Of a stretch of DNA of 64,000 bases, positions 1 through 8,825 are shown piece after piece. Each line of letters opens with the position of its first letter. Positions within the stretch are counted from its first letter, which is position 1. The position numbers and the translations under genes were made by a program. The notes beneath the pieces are model-generated. The model was not told the DNA's origin, did no database searches, and saw nothing but the letters and a program-made list of their open reading frames with translations. Origin of the DNA: Bacteroidales bacterium OttesenSCG-928-B11 (GTDB lineage: Bacteria; Bacteroidota; Bacteroidia; Bacteroidales; WCHB1-69). The DNA lies in the NCBI GenBank assembly GCA_030267125.1, contig JAJDJJ010000001.1, forward strand, positions 78,027 to 142,026, read 5' to 3'.

Positions 1-1
1 G

Positions 2-874
2 TTGGATGTGGCACGGAAACAGGAGGAAATATCGCAAAATCAAGTCGAAAGGATCGAAAAGATGGTCGATTATGGTAGAAGTTCCGATGCCGATCTCTAC
101 GAAGCACAGGCCTCGTTGGCAGCTGATCAATACGCTGTCACCGAAGCCGCTAACAATCTGAGACTGTCGTTGTTAGACTTGACACAGCTGTTGAATCTGA
201 GCGGTATCGCCGAATTTGATGTGCAAGAGATGGATGATCTTTATTTCACGCAATTGTTGTCGCAGACGTATAATATGGATGCGTATCTCAACGGCGCATT
301 GACGAATCGTCCCGCCTTGAAAGCTACGGAGCAGCGCATTGCCATGAGCGAACGGCACATCAAAATGGCACGGTCGGGGTGGTATCCGTCGCTGAGTTTC
401 TCGGCAAACTATGGAACAGGTTACTATTATGCGTACCAATCCGCCTTTATCGAAAATAATTTGCCCTTTGGCACACAACTAAACAACAATAGCCGAGGCA
501 TGTTTTCCCTTTCGTTAAATATCCCCATTTTCGACAGATTGTCGACCTATAATTCTGTGAAAAAAGCGAAATTGAACTTGGCAAATTATCAAATACTATT
601 AGAAGAGAGTAAAGCTTCCATCACAAAGGAAATAGAGCAGGCTTACGCTAATGTATTGGCATCCAGAGAAAAATACCATTCTGCCGAAACGTATTTAGCC
701 GCGGCAAAGAAATCGTTTGCATACGAGGAGAAACGCTACGAAGCCGGTGCTTCTAATATCTTCCAATATAATGAATCCCGAAACCGCTACGAAAAGGCCC
801 AGTCGGATCTGCTGCAAGCCAAATACAGTTATTTGATAAGATTGAAAATCTTGGAATTTTACGGACAACAATAA
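2..874 (+). CDS. TolC-family outer membrane efflux protein, C-terminal part (5' end outside window)
   Basis: ORF is open from the window edge. It has the long helical/beta repeat pattern typical of OEP/TolC proteins (e.g. ...SNIFQYNESRNRYEKAQSDLLQAKYSYLIRLKILEFY). Confidence 0.8.
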   Translation: MDVARKQEEISQNQVERIEKMVDYGRSSDADLYEAQASLAADQYAVTEAANNLRLSLLDLTQLLNLSGIAEFDVQEMDDLYFTQLLSQTYNMDAYLNGALTNRPALKATEQRIAMSERHIKMARSGWYPSLSFSANYGTGYYYAYQSAFIENNLPFGTQLNNNSRGMFSLSLNIPIFDRLSTYNSVKKAKLNLANYQILLEESKASITKEIEQAYANVLASREKYHSAETYLAAAKKSFAYEEKRYEAGASNIFQYNESRNRYEKAQSDLLQAKYSYLIRLKILEFYGQQ

Positions 875-903
875 AAAAAGAAAAATGAAAGGAAAAGTAG
901 TGT

Positions 904-911
904 TAACTTTG
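904..911 (+). promoter_or_regulatory. Bacteroidota -7 box (TAnnTTTG) upstream of the WG-repeat gene
   Basis: TAACTTTG. Leaves a leader of roughly 115 nt. Confidence 0.4.
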
Positions 912-1035
912 CAAATCTAAACTTGACCCAAATAACAGTTAAGAATGGTGCAGGAATGGCCTATGAATGGGGTCTTATTGTTGTAAAACAGGAATAGAAT
1001 AACTAAGAAAAAACAGTAAAATAAAAAATGCCAAT

Positions 1036-2523
1036 ATGAAAAATCAAAGAATAATGCGATTATTGTTAGCAGGGATTATTATGGGATTCATGGTGTCGTG
1101 TGCAAACACTTTGGATAGAGAAAAACTATCAGAAGCTCTGCTCAAATGCGATTATTTTGGATCATTTCAAGAAGGTTTTGCAAAGGTAGTAAAGGATGGC
1201 AAGTATAGTTTTATTGATAAATCAGGGAAAGAAATTGTCCCATTTATATATGATGGAGCATACGATTTTCAAGAAGGTTTTGCAGTGGTAATAAAGGATG
1301 GCAAGTGTGGTTTTATTGATAAGTCAGGGAAAGAAATAGCCCCACTTATATATGATGTCGCTTTCGATTTTTGTGAAGGTCGTGCAAGAGTTTTCAGTAA
1401 GGAAGGCAAATGGGGTTTTATTGATAAGTCAGGGAGAGAAATTGTCTCATGTATATATGATAAGGTCTCCGATTTTCACGAAGGTTTTGCAAAGGTGAGC
1501 AAGGAAGGCAAATGGGGTTTTATTGATAAATCAGGGAAAGAAATTGTCCCATTTATATATGATGTAGCATACAATTTTCATGAAGATCGTGCAAAAGTAG
1601 AAAAGGATGGCAAGTGTGGTTTTATTACTAAATCAGGGAAAGAAATAGCTCCATTTATATATGACGACGCATGCGATTTTCAAGAAGGTTTAGCGATGGT
1701 AAACAAGGATGGCAAATATGGTTTTATTGATAAATCAGGGAAAGAAATAGCCCCACCTATATATAATTATACCTTAGGTTTTCACGAAGGTTTTGCACCG
1801 GTTTTCAAGGATGGTAAATTTGGCTTTATTGATAAATCAGGGAAAGAAATTATCCCATTAATATATGATAACATTTCCAAATTTCATGAAGATTGTGCAC
1901 TAGTTATTAAGGATGGCAAGTGTGGTTTTATTGCTAAATCTGGAAAGGAAATTATCCCGATTATATATGATGGCGCATACGATTTTAGCGAAGATCGTGC
2001 AATCGTTTTCAAGGATTGGAAATATGGTTTTATTGATAAGTCAGGGAAAGAAATTGTTCCATTTATATATGATAACGCTTCCAGATTTCAAGAAGGTTTT
2101 GCAAAGGTGAGCAAGGAAGGCAAATGGAGTTTTATTGATAAATCAGGGAAAGAAATTTGTCCATTTATATATGATGCCGCAGACGATTTCCAAGAAGGTT
2201 TTGCACCGGTTTCCAAGGATGGTAAATATGGTTTTATTGATAAGTCAGGAAGAGAAATTACCCCATTCATATATGATAACGGTTTAAGTTTTCAAGAAGG
2301 TTTTGCAAAGGTAAGAAAGGGTAGTAAATATGGTTTTATTGATAAAACAGGGAAAGAATTTATCCCTTGTATTTATGATGAACTATCACGAAACTTCTCG
2401 GATGGTTTAGCAATCGCTGTGTGGGGTGAACAACGAGGGTTTGTAGATAAAGATGGATATTATATCGGTAAAGGTTTCGTGAAAAAGTTATCAGAACTAG
2501 ATGGAATCAATATAACGGATTAA
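1036..2523 (+). CDS. WG-repeat (KWG-type) lipoprotein
   Basis: Signal peptide with lipobox (GFMVSC). About 12 tandem units of roughly 34 aa, consensus GFIDKSGKEIVPFIYDxAxDFxEGFAxVxKDGKx. Confidence 0.85.
   Translation: MKNQRIMRLLLAGIIMGFMVSCANTLDREKLSEALLKCDYFGSFQEGFAKVVKDGKYSFIDKSGKEIVPFIYDGAYDFQEGFAVVIKDGKCGFIDKSGKEIAPLIYDVAFDFCEGRARVFSKEGKWGFIDKSGREIVSCIYDKVSDFHEGFAKVSKEGKWGFIDKSGKEIVPFIYDVAYNFHEDRAKVEKDGKCGFITKSGKEIAPFIYDDACDFQEGLAMVNKDGKYGFIDKSGKEIAPPIYNYTLGFHEGFAPVFKDGKFGFIDKSGKEIIPLIYDNISKFHEDCALVIKDGKCGFIAKSGKEIIPIIYDGAYDFSEDRAIVFKDWKYGFIDKSGKEIVPFIYDNASRFQEGFAKVSKEGKWSFIDKSGKEICPFIYDAADDFQEGFAPVSKDGKYGFIDKSGREITPFIYDNGLSFQEGFAKVRKGSKYGFIDKTGKEFIPCIYDELSRNFSDGLAIAVWGEQRGFVDKDGYYIGKGFVKKLSELDGINITD
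1165..2400 (+). repeat. Tandem 102-105 bp coding repeats (about 12 copies) inside the WG-repeat gene
   Basis: The motif attgataa(a/g)tcaggga recurs at 1213, 1315, 1420 and onward with a 102/105-nt period. A 45-nt string (tattgataaatcagggaaagaaattgtcccatttatatatgatg) is identical at about 1212 and about 1521. Confidence 0.9.
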
Positions 2524-2676
2524 CCCCGCCTTTCCCAGAAGCCCGAAGCAAAAGGATGGGGATAGTTTAGAGAATCTGTTTTCCCTCAGAATATGCGATT
2601 CTCAGCGGTTTGCCTTGTCAAGGGTGCCGCATTGAATAATGTTAGGAAGAGCTTTATTTGCATTAGCATTATTTGT

Positions 2677-2684
2677 TATTTTTG
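2677..2684 (+). promoter_or_regulatory. -7 box upstream of GH29
   Basis: TATTTTTG, 29 nt before the ATG at 2713. Confidence 0.5.
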
Positions 2685-2712
2685 CTCCAATTTATATCAA
2701 TCATCAGGAATT

Positions 2713-4011
2713 ATGAAAAAAATCATCACACTCTGTCTTATTTTTTCTTTATTAACAACGATTTATGCCCAAAACAATTATGTTCCGGCGCCGGAAAATA
2801 TGAAAGCGCGGGAGGAGTTCCAAGACAATAAATTCGGAATCTTTATCCATTGGGGAATCTATAGCATGCTCGGCGATGGCGAATGGGTGATGAATAATAA
2901 AAGCCTCAATTACAAGGAGTATGAAAAATTGGCAGCTGGTTTTTATCCTGCCAATTTCGATGCGGCTGAATGGGTGGCAAATATCAAAGCATCGGGCGCA
3001 AAATATATATGTATTACTTCACGGCATCACGATGGTTTTTCGATGTTCGATACAAAGTATAGTGATTATAATATTGTAAAAGCAACGCCTTTCAAACGGG
3101 ATATCTTAAAAGAGATTGCGGATGAATGCGAAAAACAAGGCATTAAACTACATCTTTATTATTCGCATATTGATTGGAATCGGGCGGATTATGCGCCGAG
3201 GATATATACGGGTTTGAAAAACGGGCACACGGAGTTTGGTGATTTTTCGACATATTACCAGTTTATGAATAATCAAATCAAGGAGTTGCTTACCAATTAT
3301 GGATCTATCGGCGCAATTTGGTTCGATGGTGTTTGGGATCAAGAGAAGAATCCCGATTTTGATTGGCGATTGCCCGAACAATACGCCATGATTCACCAGC
3401 TACGTCCCGCCTGTTTGATTGCTAATAATCATCACATCAAACCGTTCCCGGGGGAAGATATTCAGATTTTTGAGCGGGATTTGCCTGGAGAGAATTTTGG
3501 TGGATTATCGGGGCAAGATGTGAGTGCACTGCCATTAGAAACCTGTGAGACGATGAACCGCACATGGGGATACCGTATCACTGATCAACATTATAAAACT
3601 ACTGAACAGTTAATCCACCTATTAGTCAAAGCGGCAGGAAAAAACGCCAATTTATTGTTAAATGTAGGCCCGCAACCCGATGGATCATTGCCTGCTGAGG
3701 CGGTAAGTCGGATGAAAGAGATTGGAGAATGGATGAACCGGTTTGGCGAGACAGTATATGGTACGCGAGGTGGTCCCGTGACTGCGCGCGACTGGGGTGT
3801 GACTACACAAAAAGAGAACAAGATATTTGTTCATATTCTTAATTTGGAAGATAAGGTGCTCTTTGTTCCGATTACAGGCAAGAAAATTAAGAAAGCGACT
3901 CGTTTCATTGACCAATCGCCCCTCAAATTTGCCCAAACTCCCGATGGCGTAATCATCACCCTGTTGGAAATTCCAACGGCGATAGATGAGGTGATAGAGT
4001 TGGTGTATTAG
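2713..4011 (+). CDS. alpha-L-fucosidase (GH29)
   Basis: Signal peptide begins at the ATG at 2713 (MKKIITLCLIFSLLTTIYAQ). GH29-like blocks FGIFIHWG, SRHHDGF, WFDGVW. The longer ORF from 2593 contains the promoter box at 2677. Confidence 0.9.
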   Translation: MKKIITLCLIFSLLTTIYAQNNYVPAPENMKAREEFQDNKFGIFIHWGIYSMLGDGEWVMNNKSLNYKEYEKLAAGFYPANFDAAEWVANIKASGAKYICITSRHHDGFSMFDTKYSDYNIVKATPFKRDILKEIADECEKQGIKLHLYYSHIDWNRADYAPRIYTGLKNGHTEFGDFSTYYQFMNNQIKELLTNYGSIGAIWFDGVWDQEKNPDFDWRLPEQYAMIHQLRPACLIANNHHIKPFPGEDIQIFERDLPGENFGGLSGQDVSALPLETCETMNRTWGYRITDQHYKTTEQLIHLLVKAAGKNANLLLNVGPQPDGSLPAEAVSRMKEIGEWMNRFGETVYGTRGGPVTARDWGVTTQKENKIFVHILNLEDKVLFVPITGKKIKKATRFIDQSPLKFAQTPDGVIITLLEIPTAIDEVIELVY

Positions 4012-4013
4012 AA

Positions 4014-4056
4014 ATAAAAAAGATAGGGGCGGAAATTTTCCACCCCTATCTTTTTT
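4014..4056. terminator. bidirectional rho-independent terminator between convergent GH29 and korB
   Basis: aaaaaa-GATAGGGG-(13 nt loop)-CCCCTATC-tttttt. Perfect 8-bp GC-rich stem flanked by A and T tracts. Confidence 0.85.
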
Positions 4057-4090
4057 GCGCATGATGCTGCGCTCCTACATCTCGTCACTT

Positions 4091-5113
4091 TTATTCTACA
4101 TCCCAAGTGTCTCCGCTGTTTAACAGGTCGTCAACACTGTGAATGGGGCAAGATTGAATATGCGTGGCGATGAGATCGTCCATGAGTTGGTCATAAGAAG
4201 CTGCGTCTGCGGAACGGATAACGCCTAATGCGATAGGGAATTGTGGCGGCTTCATCTTGGCTAACATCAAGTGGACACCCGGGTCTTGACGGGTCATATC
4301 GTGAACCAAAATATCATCGATAGTCACACCGTCTTCGCCGATGGTCACTACCTCCAGGCCATTTTGTCCCATGCGGATCCCTTTATTACCCTCTTTTCCG
4401 AAAATCATGGGCTCGCCTTGGCGAAGGATCAGTTGGCGGTCTTCTCTATTATCTTTATCAGATATGTATTTGTGGGCGCCATCGTTGAAGATCACGCAGT
4501 TTTGCAACATTTCCACCACGGAAGTTCCGTCGTGTTTAGCCGCTTCCAATAACACTTCGCTGATGAATTTCGGATGGGTGTCGATTACGCGGGCAAAGAA
4601 AGTGCCTTGTGCTCCCATTACCAACTCGCCCACGGTGAAAGGATGCTCGATCGTTCCTTGTGGAGAAGATTTGGTGATTTTTCCCATCGGGGAGGTGGGT
4701 GAATATTGCCCTTTTGTCAATCCGTAAATCTCGTTGTTGAAAAGTAAAATATTCACATCCAAATTTCTACGGATAATATGCACAAAATGGTTCCCTCCGA
4801 TAGCTAATGAGTCGCCGTCACCGGTAGCGATCCAAACGCTCAAATTGCGGTTGAAAAGTCTCACGCCGGTAGCGATGGCGTTGGCGCGTCCGTGGATGCC
4901 GTGGATGCCATACGTGTTCAGATAATAGGGTAGGCGAGAGGAACATCCGATACCGGAAACGACACAGAATTTCTCTTTTTTATAACCTATTTGAGGAAAA
5001 ACATTCTCGATTGCGGACAAAATCGCATGGTCGCCGCAACCGGGACACCATTTTACCATTTGATCACTGGCAAAATCTTGCTTAGTCAATTTTTCTGTTG
5101 TTCTTTCTATCAT
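4091..5113 (-). CDS. korB: 2-oxoglutarate:ferredoxin oxidoreductase, beta (TPP-binding) subunit
   Basis: N-terminal WCPGCGDH motif and TPP-binding GDGD...N region. Sits directly downstream of the alpha subunit with a 9-nt gap. Confidence 0.88.
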   Translation of the reverse strand: MIERTTEKLTKQDFASDQMVKWCPGCGDHAILSAIENVFPQIGYKKEKFCVVSGIGCSSRLPYYLNTYGIHGIHGRANAIATGVRLFNRNLSVWIATGDGDSLAIGGNHFVHIIRRNLDVNILLFNNEIYGLTKGQYSPTSPMGKITKSSPQGTIEHPFTVGELVMGAQGTFFARVIDTHPKFISEVLLEAAKHDGTSVVEMLQNCVIFNDGAHKYISDKDNREDRQLILRQGEPMIFGKEGNKGIRMGQNGLEVVTIGEDGVTIDDILVHDMTRQDPGVHLMLAKMKPPQFPIALGVIRSADAASYDQLMDDLIATHIQSCPIHSVDDLLNSGDTWDVE

Positions 5114-5122
5114 GGCTGTTCC

Positions 5123-6958
5123 TTATAAAGCGTTATTGATTTTAGTAACTAATTCTTCCACAGTGAAAGGTAAACCTTGCACTTTGTTATATTGTAAGTA
5201 TTCAAATTGAGGAAGTTGTGCGCGTAGATAATTGGCAAACTGTCCTTCGTTCAATTCGCAAACCAAAATTTTCTTGTATTTGGAGAAAATATCGGCGGTA
5301 TTTTTGGGCAATGGCATGATATTGGTGAAGTGTGCATGCCCTACGGATTTGCCACTTTCTCTAACCTCTCTTGCTGCCACGCACACCTGTCCGCGGGTTC
5401 CACCCCAGCTCACTACCAGCAAATCGCCTTCTTGCGTGCCGGAAACGGTTTGTTCCGGAATCCGGTTGGCCAAGCGGTTTATCTTCTCTTTTCTGTAGTA
5501 AACCATTTTTTCGTGGTTGAGCGGATCGGTGGAGACATTGCCGAATACATCGGTTTTTTCCAAACCGCCGATGCGGTGCCGCAAACCTTCCGTTCCAGGA
5601 ATCGCCCACTGTCTAACCAATGTTTCAGGATCTCTTTGATACGGATGGTAATCGGAATCGTTGGCTTTTGCTACCGGAGGAGTGATCGTCGGAAGATCGG
5701 CAACCTTCGGAATGCGGAAAAGTTCACTGCCTTGCCCAATGTAACCATCTGTCAGCAAGATGCATGGAGTCATTGTTTCCATGGCGTATTTTGCTGCGTT
5801 AAAAGCTTGGTAGAAACAATCGCAGGGCGAAGAAGCGGCAATCACGATGCAAGGGGCTTCGCCATTTCTGCCGTAAAGAGCTATATTTAAGTCGGATTGT
5901 TCTGATTTTGTAGGAAGTCCGGTTGACGGACCGCCGCGTTGCACGTCCACAACAACGATAGGAAGTTCGGTGATCACGGCCAAGCCGAGAGCTTCGGATT
6001 TCAGGGAAAGCCCGGGGCCGGAAGTGGTGGTGCAAGCCATGGCGCCGGCGTATGCCGCACCAATGGTAGAGCAGATTCCCGCGATTTCATCTTCCGCTTG
6101 GAAAACTTTTGCCGACAACGATTTGTATCTTGCCAATTCGCACAAAATTTCTGTTGCCGGAGTAATAGGGTAGGATCCTAAGAATAGTTTGTGGCCGGAT
6201 CGCTCGGCAGCCGCGAGCAAACCCCACGCCGTGGCGATATTGCCGGTTATATTTCTATATTTTCCTTTCGGAAGATCTACTGTTCCAACTTGGTAAGTGG
6301 TTTGGAAAAGCTCCATTGTTTCGGCGAAGTCATAGCCTTTTTGCATCACTTGTTTGTTCACCAAAGCCATATCCATTTTCTTGGCGAAACGTTTGTCTAA
6401 CAGTTTGAAAGGCGTTTCGAGTTCGAAATTGAAGATGTAATAGATCATGCCGAGTGAAAACATGTTTTTTGTTCTGGCCGCGCTTTTGTTGTCTAATCCT
6501 AACGCCATGGCCGTCTCTTTTGCCATGGTTGTGATCGGGGGGCTAACCACGCGGTATGAACTTAACGAACCGTCTTCCAGTGGGTTGGTAGTGCAGCACG
6601 CTTTCTTCAAAGCAGGGTCGTCAAATGCGTCACCGTCGGTCAAAATCACGCCGCCTGTCTTCACCCATTTCAGGTTGGCCAAAAGCGAAGCGGGATTCAT
6701 AGCCACCAAGATGTCGCATTGGTCTCCAATGATACGTGTTTCTTTGCCGATGTGAACTTGAAAGCCCGAAACACCCGCAATAGTGTTGTGCGGGGCGCGG
6801 ATTTCCGCCGGATAGTCGGGAAACGTTGCAATGTCGTTGCCCGCCAAGGCGGCTGTGTCAGAAAATAGCGTGCCCGTAAGCTGCATGCCGTCTCCGGAGT
6901 CTCCCGCAAACTTCACGACTACGCTGTCTCTTTCTACAATCTGTTTTTGTGTTGCCAT
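5123..6958 (-). CDS. korA: 2-oxoglutarate:ferredoxin oxidoreductase, alpha subunit (fused gamma+alpha domains)
   Basis: 611 aa. N-terminal gamma-type domain (FAGDSGDGMQLTG) followed by a pyruvate-flavodoxin oxidoreductase core domain. Paired with korB. Confidence 0.88.
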   Translation of the reverse strand: MATQKQIVERDSVVVKFAGDSGDGMQLTGTLFSDTAALAGNDIATFPDYPAEIRAPHNTIAGVSGFQVHIGKETRIIGDQCDILVAMNPASLLANLKWVKTGGVILTDGDAFDDPALKKACCTTNPLEDGSLSSYRVVSPPITTMAKETAMALGLDNKSAARTKNMFSLGMIYYIFNFELETPFKLLDKRFAKKMDMALVNKQVMQKGYDFAETMELFQTTYQVGTVDLPKGKYRNITGNIATAWGLLAAAERSGHKLFLGSYPITPATEILCELARYKSLSAKVFQAEDEIAGICSTIGAAYAGAMACTTTSGPGLSLKSEALGLAVITELPIVVVDVQRGGPSTGLPTKSEQSDLNIALYGRNGEAPCIVIAASSPCDCFYQAFNAAKYAMETMTPCILLTDGYIGQGSELFRIPKVADLPTITPPVAKANDSDYHPYQRDPETLVRQWAIPGTEGLRHRIGGLEKTDVFGNVSTDPLNHEKMVYYRKEKINRLANRIPEQTVSGTQEGDLLVVSWGGTRGQVCVAAREVRESGKSVGHAHFTNIMPLPKNTADIFSKYKKILVCELNEGQFANYLRAQLPQFEYLQYNKVQGLPFTVEELVTKINNAL

Positions 6959-7089
6959 AATTTTTTTTATAAGGTTACAGTATATTGGTCTCTAAAGAAG
7001 TTTTTTGTTGTTTTTTTGCGTTTTGTGTTTTTTGTAACTTGCTTTATTATAATATTTTAATATATAAAAATCGTTATCTCAATGCGCAA

Positions 7090-7097
7090 CAAAAGTA
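7090..7097 (-). promoter_or_regulatory. -7 box upstream of korA
   Basis: Minus strand reads TACTTTTG. Leader is about 130 nt. Confidence 0.45.
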
Positions 7098-7209
7098 TTT
7101 AAAAAAACGAATGTATGGCAGGGAAAAGGTTTTTTTCTTTTCTTAAGTGAATACGAGCCATAAAGCATTGACGAAAACCTTGTTTCTTGTTCCCTTATCC
7201 CCTTTTTAT

Positions 7210-7217
7210 TACTTTTG
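7210..7217 (+). promoter_or_regulatory. -7 box upstream of the flippase gene
   Basis: TACTTTTG, 25 nt before the ATG at 7242. Confidence 0.5.
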
Positions 7218-7241
7218 CCGTTTCATTGAAATATCAAGCCA

Positions 7242-8810
7242 ATGCCCTCCATTAACCGTAAGAGAATAGTTAAAAACACCGGATTCCTCTATTTCCGGAT
7301 GTTGCTGACGATGATGGTCAGCCTCTATACTTCGCGTGTGGTACTCAAGGTGTTGGGTGTGGAAGATTTTGGAATCTATGGAATCGTCTGTGGAGTCAGT
7401 ACACTGTTTGTCTTCCTTAATTCTGCGATGAGCGGTTCAACCTCCCGTTTTTTTACCGTCGAACTCGGACGTGATAACCGCGAACGTTTGCAGAAAACTT
7501 TTTCCACAGCACTCACCCTGCATCTGCTCATAGCGCTGATCGTTCTGGTTTTGGGTGAGACTATCGGGCTGTGGCTGCTGGAAAACAAGCTGAATATTCC
7601 GGCCGACCGGATGTATGCGGCTCGTTGGGTTTATCACCTTTCGCTCTTTTTTACCATCGCCAATATCATCCGCGTTCCCTATAATGCGGTAATCATTGCC
7701 CACGAAAAAATGAGTTTCTACGCATACACCGAAATACTCTACGTTTTGATGAAACTTGGGATAGTCTATATTTTGCTGGTTGTAAATATGGATAAACTAA
7801 TACTATATGCCTCGTTGATGTTTGTGGTGACGTTCATATTGCTGGGCGTCTATATGTGGTATTGCTTGTGGAAATTCAGCGAGTGCCGTTATAAATGGGG
7901 GTGGGATAAAGGGATTTTGTATCCAATGTTGAAGTTTTCAATTTGGGATACGTATGGTAGTTTGGGTGGGATGGCGCGGACGCAAGGGGTGGATATCCTG
8001 CTGAACATCTTCTTCGGGCCTATTTTCAACGCCGCCAGCTCTCTCGCCATGCAGGTGCAAGGTACGGTCATGGCATTTGGCACCAATGTGCTGACCGCGG
8101 TGAGACCGCAAATTATAAAGACGTATGCTGCCGGTGAATTTGAAAATACGCGCTACCTTGTCTTCAACGCGTCCAAGTTTACTTACCTGTTGATGCTGGC
8201 GTTGTCGCTGCCGTTGGTGCTCGAAATGGATTACGTGCTCACCTTATGGCTGGGAATCGTTCCCGATTATGGCGCGCTGTTTTGCCGGTTAATGCTCGTT
8301 TTCAACCTTTTCTATGTCATGATGATCCCGCTGTCCGGCGCAATCCATGCCACCGGCCGGATCAAGTGGATGAACCTTGTTAACGGAACGATCTACATGC
8401 TGGTCATTCCCATTACTTGGGTGGCTTTTCACTACGGTGCGCCCCCGGAACGACCCTACGTCATCAATATCATCGCCATTATCATCACCCTCTTCACCAG
8501 TATGTTGATTTTGAAAAAAAACATGCCGGTGTTTCAGTTGAAGATATTTGTGTTTAAGGTGTTATGTTTGTGCTTGCTCATCACGGTGATCGCGTCTGCC
8601 CTGTCGGTGTTCGTGCAATATTTTTTTACCCAAGGTTTTATAAGATTGTTGATTGTAACGCTCACCTCGACCCTTGCCATCGGGTTATGCACATGGACTA
8701 TGGCTGTCAATAAATCGATGAAAATAGTTTTGATAAACAGGGGTTTAGATTATGTTAAAGAGATGGGGAGGAAGTTAAAGAGACACCCTAATGAATCAAA
8801 AAAAAGTTAA
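7242..8810 (+). CDS. polysaccharide/oligosaccharide flippase (MOP/Wzx-like)
   Basis: 522-aa polytopic membrane protein. N-terminus (KNTGFLYFRMLLTMMVSLYTSRVVLKVLGVEDFGIYG) is typical of LPS-biosynthesis flippases. Confidence 0.8.
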   Translation: MPSINRKRIVKNTGFLYFRMLLTMMVSLYTSRVVLKVLGVEDFGIYGIVCGVSTLFVFLNSAMSGSTSRFFTVELGRDNRERLQKTFSTALTLHLLIALIVLVLGETIGLWLLENKLNIPADRMYAARWVYHLSLFFTIANIIRVPYNAVIIAHEKMSFYAYTEILYVLMKLGIVYILLVVNMDKLILYASLMFVVTFILLGVYMWYCLWKFSECRYKWGWDKGILYPMLKFSIWDTYGSLGGMARTQGVDILLNIFFGPIFNAASSLAMQVQGTVMAFGTNVLTAVRPQIIKTYAAGEFENTRYLVFNASKFTYLLMLALSLPLVLEMDYVLTLWLGIVPDYGALFCRLMLVFNLFYVMMIPLSGAIHATGRIKWMNLVNGTIYMLVIPITWVAFHYGAPPERPYVINIIAIIITLFTSMLILKKNMPVFQLKIFVFKVLCLCLLITVIASALSVFVQYFFTQGFIRLLIVTLTSTLAIGLCTWTMAVNKSMKIVLINRGLDYVKEMGRKLKRHPNESKKS

Positions 8811-8825
8811 ATCCAGTTATTATTC

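Noticed and set aside
1165-2400. Regular 102-bp repeats considered as a CRISPR array or non-coding satellite
   Set aside because: There is no repeat/spacer alternation. The whole unit is conserved, stays in one reading frame and encodes the WG-repeat consensus. No cas genes are present.
2593-2712. N-terminal extensions from the ORF track (2593 for GH29, 17205 for the radical SAM gene, 20944 for pbpC, 42022 for the LiaF-like gene, 16474 for the lipoprotein)
   Set aside because: The extensions start at non-ATG codons or precede the signal peptide, and each contains the predicted -7 promoter box. The downstream ATGs give canonical N-termini.
5232-6909. Many ORFs on both strands overlapping korA
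   Set aside because: These are shadow frames of the 611-aa KorA ORF, with no independent signals.
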